Source of the DNA: Nemertoderma westbladi
Taxonomy: Eukaryota; Animalia; Xenacoelomorpha
Direction of reading: 5' to 3'
Assembly (NCBI GenBank): GCA_032718475.1
Contig: JAUCBJ010004543.1
Location: forward strand, 1-64,000
DNA length: 64,000 bases
Within the stretch, counting starts at the first letter, position 1. Each line of letters begins with the position of its first letter. The position numbers and the translations under genes are program-made. Shown piece after piece: positions 54,108 through 64,000 of the stretch. The notes below the pieces were generated by a model. That model saw only the letters and a list, made by a program, of their open reading frames with translations. It was not told the DNA's origin and did no database searches.

Positions 54108-55807
54108 CCGAACCGAAGTTACATCCCATTCGAACCGAAGTTACATCCCATTCGAACCGAAGTTACATCCCATTCGAACCGAAGTTACATCCCATTCGAA
54201 CCGAAGTTGCATCCCATTCGAACCGAAGTTACATCCCATTCGAACCGAAGTTACATCCCATTCGAACCGAAGTTACATCCCATTCGAACCCTAGTTACAT
54301 CCCATTCGAACCGAAGTTGCGTCCCATTCGAACCGAAGTTACGTCCCATTCGAACCGAAGTTACGTCCCATCGAACCGAAGTTACGTCCCATTCGAACCG
54401 AAGTTACATCCCATTCGAACCGAAGTTACGTCCCATTCGAACCGAAGTTACATCCCATTCGAACCGAAGTTACATCCCATTCGAACCGAAGTTACGTCCC
54501 ATTCGAACCGAAGTTGCGTCCCATTCGAACCGAAGTTACGTCCCATTCGAACCGAAGTTACATCCCATTCGAACCGAAGTTACGTCCAATTCGAACCGAA
54601 GTTGCGTCCCATTCGAACCGAAGTTACGTCCCATTCAAACCTAAGTTACGCACCTTTCGAACCGAAGTTACGTCCCATTCGAACCGAAGTTACGTCCCAT
54701 CGAACCGAAGTTATGTCCCATTCGAACCGAAGTTGCGTCCCATTCGAACCGAAGTTACGTCCCATTCGAACCGAAGTTACATCCCATTCGAACCGAAGTT
54801 ACGTCCCATTCGAACTGAAGTTACGTCCCATTCGAACCGAAGTTACGTCCCATTCGAACCGAAGTTACGTCCCATTCGAACCGAAGTTACATCCCATTCG
54901 AACCGAAGTTACATCCCATTCGAACCGAAGTTACGTCCCATTCGAACCGAAGTTGCGTCCCATACGAACCGAAGTTACGTCCCATTCGAACCGAAGTTAC
55001 ATCCCATTCGAACCGAAGTTACGTCCAATTCGAACCGAAGTTGCGTCCCATTCGAACCGAAGTTACGTCCCATTCAAACCTAAGTTACGCACCTTTCGAA
55101 CCGAAGTTACGTCCCATTCGAACCGAAGTTACGTCCCATCGAACCGAAGTTATGTCCCATTCGAACCGAAGTTGCGTCCCATTCGAACCGAAGTTACGTC
55201 CCATTCGAACCGAAGTTACATCCCATTCGAACCGAAGTTACGTCCCATTCGAACTGAAGTTACGTCCCATTCGAACCGAAGTTACGTCCCATTCGAACCG
55301 AAGTTACGTCCCATTCGAACTGAAGTTACGTCCCATTCGAACCGAAGTTACGTCCCATTCGAACCGAAGTTACGTCCCATTCGAACCGAAGTTACATCCC
55401 ATTCGAACCGAAGTTACGTCCCATTCGAACTGAAGTTACGTCCCATTCGAACCGAAGTTACGTCCCATTCGAACCGAAGTTACGTCCCATTCGAACCGAA
55501 GTTACGTCCCATTCGAACCGAAGTTGCATCCCATTCGAACCGAAGTTACGTCCCATTCGAACCGAAGTTACATCCCATTCGAACCGAAGTTACATCCCAT
55601 TCGAACCGAAGTTACGCACCTTTCGAACCGAAGTTACGTCCCATTTGAACCGAAGTTACGTCCCATTCGAACCGAAGTTACGTCCCATTCGAACCGAAGT
55701 TACGTCCCATTCGAACCGAAGGTTACGTCCCATTCAAACCTAAGTTACGCACCTTTCGAACCGAAGTTACGTCCCATTCGAACCGAAGTTACGTCCCATT
55801 CGAACCG
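54108..55807. repeat. 22-bp satellite (about 77 units)
   Basis: unit cgaaccgaagttac(g/a)tcccatt. Confidence 0.95.
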
Positions 55808-56399
55808 ATGTTTTATATTATCTTCTGTTCTAAATATAACCAATGTCAATTAATTATTAATCATAACAAAGTGTTACATAACTTTTGTCCCTAAGTTTTT
55901 AAATGATACTTTATGTGTAGTGACTAATTACTATTTTCCTGGGCTCACTAAATACATCAGCTGGTGTTCCTTGGGGTATCACTACTGCTTATTCGCTTCC
56001 ATAACATATTGAATAATAGGCAATAGCATCTCAACCACAATATGGTTGGTTGAAACAGATGGTGTTTCATTCATAGCTAACTACTTGTTTAGTGTTAGTG
56101 CATGCCACCGCGCCAAGAGTTATTAGTATGTTTATAAAAATTTCCCCTTTAATAATTATAAGTAGGTTTACATTATTGTAGTTTATTATTATATATTATG
56201 GTTGTCTTGTTTGATATAATTTTGTTTGCATTAGCAATAGCTATTCTATCAATTATAATTACATGGTTGTTATGGAGATCTCCTATCGGTAGGTTTTATT
56301 GCTGATTATATTGGAATGGGAGGGGCGCGGGGGTGGAGTGGATATTGACGCAAATAGATAAACGAGAATCAGTAAATCAGTAAACAATAATTGATAACA

Positions 56400-57292
56400 A
56401 CCTCCACCTACTGGCTCCAGAAGGCGAGGAAATCCTGCCAAGTACCTATCTGATCTAGACTTTGCTGATGACTTAGGAGTACTCTCAGAATCATTAGAGG
56501 GAGTCCAACGGCTCCTCAGCTCATTAGAACATGCTGCTTCTAGTGTTGGTCTTTTTGATAACTCCAAAAAGACCAAAATGTTGACAGTTGACTTTGAAAG
56601 TCCTCAGCAAGTCTTCGACCGGATGAGCATATGCTCAAAGTATGGTATGCTTGAGCATGGGGGACTTATGTTACCTGGTATCATGAATCCGGAAGTTAGG
56701 TGAGGACCTTCGAATACGTAAGGGAAAGGCATGGGCAGCCTTGAATAGGCTTTCCAGGATTTGGAAGTCACATAGAATTAATCGGAAACTTAAGGTCCGA
56801 TTATTTAGAGCAGCAGTAGTTCCAGGCAGTACTCCACTATGGGAGTCCAAACTGGGCTCTATCTGCCGAGGGCACCAAATCTCGGGAAGACACATTCACA
56901 AGAATGCTACGCCGGGTTCACTGTGTCAAGTACAATGCACACATCTTCAAGCAGACATTATATAACGTTGGAGGTGTCCCATTGGTTCCCCCAAGCTTGG
57001 CACTAGAACAAAGCCGCCTCCGCTTTGCAGGACATTGCTTTCGCCGTGAGGACCAGCCAGTGCATAATCTTGTGCTTTGGCGGCCTCATGGATTGAATAA
57101 GCATGGTGTACAGCCCGTATGACTTTCTTGAGACGCATCTTAAAGGACACTGGCCTTGAAGATGCGGATGATCTAGCAAATGACATGGGTGATAGGGAGT
57201 TGTGGCGGCGCAATTTTGTCGACAGGCCGGCACAGCATTCTTAAAAATGCAGCTGCAATGCAGCATGCCGATCCTAGTAGTACTAGTAGACA
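56400..57292 (+). mobile_element. Decayed 5'-truncated RTE-type LINE fragment (second family)
   Basis: AKYLSDLDFADDLGVLSESLEGVQRLL, LKVRLFRAAV and RLRFAGHCFR motifs with frameshifts; tagtagtactagtag tail. Confidence 0.85.
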
Positions 57293-57738
57293 ACAAGTAT
57301 AAGTTTGTTTGCTATTATTATTTAAATTGCAAAACCATTTCTGTACCCGCACATATTATGAAATGTTCTGTTTTTAGGGGGACAGAATATTTATGTTTTT
57401 TGCTTCTGTAAGATGCTTTTGCCCTTTCAATGATTTACATTTTTAATTCACCGAGATGGGAATTGCGTCCACCCCCCCCCCCCCCCCTCCCCTCCCCCCT
57501 GACTCGAAATTTGTAAACAATTTAATTAATTAATTAGTAACTTTAGGTGAATATAAAATTACTTTTTATTACTATGACCCTATTTGTCTATTGCATTACA
57601 CCACTTGGTTTCCTTTCATGTATTATGTGTTTCATATCAAATGTTTCATATGTGGTAAGTTCATTGGTTTCAGCAGCGGGTTTGCGGGTTTGCGGGTTTG
57701 CGGGTTTCATTGCTAACTACTTGTCGAATTTCCTGCAG

Positions 57739-58181
57739 GTCAAAAAATTGTCGTCATAACAACTTCCTTTGTTGACGATGTCGGCAAAACTGTCATTCAA
57801 CGGCGCCGTTTCCGAAGCAACGCTCAAGAGCTTGATTCCATGGTGAACAATGACGTCATTTCTGACAACTTCCGGCCTATTGGCGAGGTGCAACCGAGTC
57901 CGTACATCGACGTCACTAATATCATTCTAGACGATAACGACGGCTCTCGAATATTCCAAAAGCTCGCGGTTCCCCCGGACTGTCTGGATTACAACGCCAT
58001 CTGTCGCCGGTCTAAGGAACACCTATCCACCGATCAATCGCCTCAAATGGTGGATAATAATTCCTCCAAAGGGTCGTTAGATGGTGCAACTCGCATTACC
58101 GACGCGCAACTTGAGGAGTTCCATCCGTCGGGCGAATCGTTTGTTGTACTAACTATGCAGCAAGAGTGTCTTAGTAATCAG
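57739..58181 (+). CDS. Exon with hairpin-helix module (phase 1->0)
   Basis: cctgcag| acceptor; GQKIVVITTSFVDDVGKTVIQRRRF..QQECLSNQ; cag|gttagt donor. Confidence 0.85.
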
Positions 58182-58286
58182 GTTAGTTTAATAATGTGCT
58201 ACAGTCACTTTATTACTTGTAACTACCAAGACTTGCAGGTCTTTTCATATTATTTTGTATTTTTGTGCCTTTTGAGTTAAATTCAC

Positions 58287-61200
58287 GGGATAGCTCAGTT
58301 GGTTGAGCGCCGGTCCTGTAATCTATTGGTTCTAGGTTCAGCCCCGCCAGGGTCCACTCAGCCTTTCATCCACTGGGGTCGATAAAATGAGTACCAGTTA
58401 AATAACTGGGAGCAAATCTTGGGATAGGAGTAGCGTCCACCCCTACCTTTTGGGTAGCAGATAGGAGTAGCGCCCACCCCTACCATCGGGTAGCAGATAG
58501 GAGAAGCGCCCACCCCTACCTTCGGGTAGCAGATAGGAGTAGCGCCCACTTCTACCCTCGGGTAGCAGATAGGAGTAGCGCCCACCCCTACCCTCGGATA
58601 GCAGATAGGAGTAGCCCCCACCCCTACCTTCGGGTAGCAGTTAGGAGTAGCGCCCACCCCTACCTTCGGGTAGCAGATAGGAGTAGCGCCCACCCCTACC
58701 TTCGGGTAGCAGATAGGAGTAGCGCCCACCCCTACCTTCGGGTAACAGATGAAGTAGCGCCCACCCCTACCTTCGGGTAGCAGATAGGAGTATCGCCCAC
58801 CCCTACCTTCGGGTAGCAGAAATAAGTAGCACCCCACCCCCCCCCCCTACCTTCGGGTAGCAGATAGGAGTAGCGCCCGCCCCTACCCTCAGGTGGCAGA
58901 TAGGAGTAGCGCCCACCCCTACCCTCGGATAGCAGATAGGAGTTGCGCGCATCCCTACCTTCGGGTAGCAGATAGGAGTAGCGCCCACCCCTACCATCGG
59001 ATAGCAGATAGGAGTAGCGCCCACCCCTACCTTCGGGTAGCAGATAGGAGTAGCGCCCACCCCTACCCTCGGGTAGCAGATAGGAGTAGCGCTTACCCCT
59101 ACCCTCGGGTAGCAGATAGGAGTAGCGCCCATCCCTTCCTTCGGGTAGCAGATAGAAGTAGCGCTCACCCCTACCTTCGGGTAGCAGATAGGAGTAGCGC
59201 CCATCCCTACCTTCGGGTAGCAGATAAGAGTAGCGCCGCCCACCCCTACCTTCGGGTAGCAGATAGAGAAGCCCCCACCCCTACCTACGGGTAGCAGATA
59301 GAAGTATCGCCCATCCCTACCTTCGGGTAGCAGATAGGAGTAGCGCCCACCCCTACCCTCGGATAGCAGATAGGAGTAGCGCCCACCCCTACCTTCGGGT
59401 AGCAGATAAGAGTAGCGCCCACCCCTACCCTTGGGTAGCAGATAGGAGTAGCGCCAACCCCTACCCTCGGGTAGCAGATAGGAGTAGCGCCCACCCCTAC
59501 CTTCGGGTAGCAGATAGGAGTAGCGCCCACCTCTACCTTCGGGTAGCAGATAGGAGTAGCGCCAACCCCTACCCTCGGGTAGCAGATAGGAGTAGCGCCC
59601 ACCCCTACCTTCGGGTAGCAGATATGAGTAGCGCCCACCCCTACCTTCGGGTAGCAGATAGGAGTAGCGCCAACCCCACCCTCGGGTAGAAGATAGGAGT
59701 AGCGCCCACCCCTACCTTCGGGTAGCAGATAGGAGTAGCGCCCACCCCCACGTTCGGGTAGCAGATAGGAGTAGCGTCCACCCCTACCTTTTGGGTAGCA
59801 GATAGGAGTAGCGCCCACCCCTACCATCGGGTAGCAGATAGGAGAAGCGCCCACCCCTACCTTCGGGTAGCAGATAGGAGTAGCGCCCACTTCTACCCTC
59901 GGGTAGCAGATAGGAGTAGCGCCCACCCCTACCCTCGGATAGCAGATAGGAGTAGCCCCCACCCCTACCTTCGGGTAGCAGTTAGGAGTAGCGCCCACCC
60001 CTACCTTCGGGTAGCAGATAGGAGTAGCGCCCACCCCTACCTTCGGGTAGCAGATAGGAGTAGCGCCCACCCCTACCTTCGGGTAACAGATGAAGTAGCG
60101 CCCACCCCTACCTTCGGGTAGCAGATAGGAGTATCGCCCACCCCTACCTTCGGGTAGCAGAAATAAGTAGCACCCCCCCCCCCCCCCCTACCTTCGGGTA
60201 GCAGATAGGAGTAGCGCCCGCCCCTACCCTCAGGTGGCAGATAGGAGTAGCGCCCACCCCTACCCTCGGATAGCAGATAGGAGTTGCGCGCATCCCTACC
60301 TTCGGGTAGCAGATAGGAGTAGCGCCCACCCCTACCATCGGATAGCAGATAGGAGTAGCGCCCACCCCTACCTTCGGGTAGCAGATAGGAGTAGCGCCCA
60401 CCCCTACCCTCGGGTAGCAGATAGGAGTAGCGCCCACCCCTACCCTCGGGTAGCAGATAGGAGTAGCGCCCATCCCTACCTTCGGGTAGCAGATAGGAGT
60501 AGCGCCCATCCCTACCTTCGGGTAGCAGATAGGAGTAGCGCCCACCCCTACCTTCGGGTAGCAGATAGGAGTAGCGCCCACCCTACCTTCGGGTAGCAGA
60601 TAGAAGTAGCGCCCATCCCTACCTTCGGGTAGCAGATAGGAGTAGCGCCCACCCCTACCTTCGGGTAGCAGATAGGAGTAGCGCCCACCCCTACCTTCGG
60701 GTAGCAGATAGAGTAGCGCCCACCCCTACCTTCGGGTAGCAGATAGGAGTAGCGCCCACCCCTACCTCTCGGGTAGCAGATAGGAGTAGCGCCCACCCCT
60801 ACCCTTCGGGTAGCAGATAGGAGTAGCGCCCACCCCTACCTTCGGGTAGCAGATAGGAGTAGCGCCCACCCCTACCTTCGGGTAGCAGATAGGAGTAGCG
60901 CCCACCCCTACCTTCGGGTAGCAGATAGGAGTAGCGCCCACCCCTACCTTCGGGTAGCAGATAGGAGTAGCGCCCACCCCTACCTTCGGGTAGCAGATAG
61001 AAGTATCGCCCATCCCTACCTTCGGGTAGCAGATAGGAGTAGCGCCCACCCCTACCCTCGGGTAGCAGATAGGAGTAGCGCCCACCCCTACCTTCGGGTA
61101 GCAGATAAGAGTAGCGCCCACCCCTACCCTTGGGTAGCAGATAGGAGTAGCGCCAACCCCTACCCTCGGGTAGCAGATAGGAGTAGCGCCCACCCCTACC

Positions 61201-62238
61201 TTCGGGTAGCAGATAGGAGTAGCGCCCACCTCTACCTTCGGGTAGCAGATAGGAGTAGCGCCAACCCCTACCCTCGGGTAGCAGATAGGAGTAGCGCCCA
61301 CCCCTACCTTCGGGTAGCAGATATGAGTAGCGCCCACCCCTACCTTCGGGTAGCAGATAGGAGTAGCGCCAACCCCACCCTCGGGTAGAAGATAGGAGTA
61401 GCGCCCACCCCTACCTTCGGGTAGCAGATAGGAGTAGCGCCCACCCCCACGTTCGGGTAGCAGATAGGAGTAGCGCCCACCCCTACCCTCGGGTAGCAGA
61501 TATATGTAATGTCCCCCCCCCCCCCTACCTTCGGGTAGCAGATAGGAGTAGCGCCCACCCCTACCTTCGGGTAACAGATAGCCCACCCCTACCTTCGGGT
61601 AACAGATAGGAGTAGCGCCCACCCCTACTTTCGGGTAGCAGATAGGAGTAGCGCCCACCCCTACCTTCGGGTAGCAGATAGGAGTAGCGCCCACCCCTAC
61701 CCTCGGGTACCAGACAGGTGTAGCGCCCGCCCCTACCCTCGGGTAGCAGATAGGAGTAGCGCCCGCCCCTACCTTCGGGTAGCAGATAGGAGTAGCGCCC
61801 ACCCCTACCTTCGGGTAACAGATAGGAGTAGCGCCCACCCCCACCTTCAGGTTAGCAGATAGGAGTAGCGCCCACCCCTACCCTCGGGTAGCAGATAGGA
61901 TGTAATGTCCCCCCCCCCCCCCTACCTTCGGGTAGCAGATAGGAGTACCGCCCACCCCTACCTTCGGGTAACAGATAGGAGTAGCGCCCACCCCTACCTT
62001 CGGTTAGCAGATAGGAGTAGCGCCCACCCCTACCTTCGGGTAGCAGATAGGAGTAGCGCCCACCCCTACCTTCGGTTAGCAGATAGGAGTAGCGCCCACC
62101 CCTACCTTCGGGTAACAGATAGGAGTAGCGCCCACCCCTACCTTCGGTTAGCAGATAGGAGTAGCGCCCACCCCTACCTTCGGTTAGCGTCTATCGAAAG
62201 AGGAGCTTTCGGGTCGCCTCCAGCTTTGGCCGACTGTT
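58287..62238 (+). mobile_element. tRNA-headed SINE-like element whose internal 36-bp unit is expanded to about 105 copies (58422-62188)
   Basis: Head gggatagctcagttggttgagcgc..ggttcagcccc; central actcagcctttcatcc..ggggtcgataaaatgagtaccag; unit gataggagtagcgcccacccctaccttcgggtagca; unique 3' end shared with the 14228 copy. Confidence 0.8.
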
Positions 62239-63268
62239 AGCATGCTTTAGTTCAATTGGTGCATCAGGGCAATTCGCAAACTTTATTGTTGGTATAAATA
62301 AACTCACATTGATATATTTGTTATTCGTAAAATGATGGAGCTTTGCCAATATTAATTATTGAGAAAACAAAATAATATAATAATATATTTTATAATAAAA
62401 TAAAATAAATATGTTTAGATGTAATACGTTATTCTACAAAATTACCACCCCCCCCCCCCCCCCCCACCCCCCCTGGGTCGCAGTAAACCATAGTATATAC
62501 CAAAACAATAAAATAGGACATGGGGTCTACATGGGGACATAGTTTATACCGGTATATAGAAGATTTTGTAATCGTTATGGATCCATTCACACTTTGCTTC
62601 CAGGAACTACCGGAAGTCGTTTCCGCCATTAGCATGGTTATTTTGGTGTCATTGATAGCCTAAATATCTGAAATGTCAAAATGCCAATTGCTGATTGATG
62701 GCACTCATTGTAGGTGTTTAGCAGTATAAGCACGCGGTACAGAATCGTCCGCCATTTTTAGAAAAATATGCCAATGTATTTGAGGATAAAAATATACCTT
62801 TATATATAGGAAAATGAGCTGCATTGATCACTATTGGCTTTTTTTCGTATAATTGCATAACTCATAAATCCCATTTTTTATTTTTATGTGAACCCCATAC
62901 CCATAATCACTGTCTGAAACCATAATACCGGTATCTGGTACCACAAATACTTTTCGAAATATTGTATTTGGACTGGCACGGGAGTGTTTCAGGTGCTCTA
63001 CATCTACAGTGTAGGAACTGTTAATAAAACATTCATGGGTTTCTGTGGAATAGATAGTAAAGTTTTAACAGAAACTTTTTATTTCACAATTCCCCCTCCT
63101 ATGTTGTTCCTTGATTTGAATGATTTATATAAGTTTCAGTACATGCTATACAGTATATGTTTCAGTATATTATGTTCCTGTATTTCCGGTCAATACTGTC
63201 ATAACTTTGTAAACGAGTGACTTGACTGTGTATTTCTTATTAATCAATTGTATAATTATTTTTCTTAG

Positions 63269-64000
63269 AGTTCACCTCAATTCACTCGTAAGCGGCTTCC
63301 AACAACAGACAAGGAAGTTGATTTACTGGTTCAGAGAGGCGTGCTGCCAGCCAAGCTGAGAGATTGGGATGGCAAAGCACGTGCAATTGAAGTATCCCGG
63401 CATATAGTGGATGACGAGGGTAGGGAAGTGACAGAACAAAGGCAATTTAAGCCAGGTGATGTTAAACTGGCGAACTTTATCAAAGAAACCCAGCAACGTG
63501 GGGAAAAACCCTTGTTTAAGACCATCTACGATTTGACCATTAATCACGGTGGAGAACTCTCACCAATATCAACTGCATCTACTGCTCCTGCATTGCGGAG
63601 GCTCAAAACCATGGCGACTGAGTCATCTCGAACATTAACTACCCCAATTCCATTAGATGAAGAAGTCTCATTGCGACCCTCCCAGTTTTTTGATAAACTG
63701 ATAAACTTGGATCACATTCAAATATCGCATTCACCTAGAACTGACAATCATATTGCTGTGACATTGACTAAGGTCTCTAGTAGAAATGAAAACACCGTCG
63801 TTGAGCAAAGAGTCTATGTGGCTTATGATGTTAAGCGATCTTTGAAATATCCTTCGCAGGTAGAAAATTCCGGGTCTTCACAAACTCATCAATATTTCGA
63901 ACTTTTTATGAAAACTTTGAGAGAAGATGGATCCGCTGATATATTGCGAAAGATATATAAAAAGTCAGACCCTGAATTATATTCCTTGATTGACGAAGAT
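63269..64000 (+). CDS. Exon running off the window end (phase 0 start)
   Basis: tttcttag| acceptor; SSPQFTRKRLPTTDKEVDLLVQRGVLP..IEVSRHIVDDEGREVTEQRQF; open to 64000; absent from the ORF track because there is no stop. Confidence 0.85.

Larger units (their letters stand above)
1785..64000 (+). other. Partial multi-exon gene: giant plakin/spectraplakin-family protein (dystonin/MACF1/Shot/plectin-like); begins upstream and continues downstream of the window
   Basis: 19 exons bounded by AG/GT with consistent phases give one open frame of about 11,600 aa. The spliced peptide RLELQFQKLLQLW..IKSWSVDEF..LNEDTRKLIKDS..TEVNNCNQLYEEL..LSQLYLRKLE..SRWELAAEQIEQR..AKKPKI..EAEQLNKRYNNLL follows the order of motifs I recall for the post-SH3 spectrin repeats of plakin domains. 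Confidence 0.85.

Noticed and set aside
54108-57292. Repeat array next to a reverse transcriptase, read as a CRISPR-, retron- or DGR-like system
   Set aside because: The units are head-to-tail with no unique spacers, and the RT is a frameshifted eukaryotic RTE-type LINE remnant about 600 bp away with no evident link.
58287-58350. Functional tRNA genes (also 11593-11661, 16425-16468, 20185-20267)
   Set aside because: A and/or B boxes are present, but the cloverleaf stems are broken and the sequences sit in SINE-like contexts.
54031-62240. Repetitive ORFs (RPIRTEVTSHSN.., VGVGATPICYPK.., ADRSSAHPY..; also 14225-14884 and 1889-2161)
   Set aside because: These are translations of satellites that lack stops by chance; frames shift at indels and there is no splice support.

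Overview
Eukaryotic (invertebrate metazoan-like, AT-rich, GT-AG introns) genomic DNA. The window lies inside one very large + strand gene. I could chain 19 exons (1785 to beyond 64000, about 34.9 kb of coding sequence, about 11,600 aa) with consistent intron phases. The first eight exons encode the C-terminal half of a plakin domain (plectin/dystonin/MACF1/Shot-like), so this is a plakin, probably spectraplakin, family gene. Downstream is a single 30,355-bp exon (22633-52987). Its core is 15 tandem 1104/1107-bp units, and each 368-aa unit resolves exactly into 8 x 46-aa sub-repeats, a hierarchical super-repeat. The core is flanked by dozens of divergent hairpin-helix modules. Introns carry two minisatellites that each reiterate the 5' splice site, a candidate internal first exon, a Penelope-like fragment with inverted hammerhead-like termini, RTE-type LINE remnants, tRNA-derived SINEs (one with an internal 36-bp UUCG-hairpin unit amplified to about 3.8 kb) and a 22-bp satellite. 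No prokaryotic features or CRISPR arrays are supported. Family assignments come from recalled motifs, not database searches.
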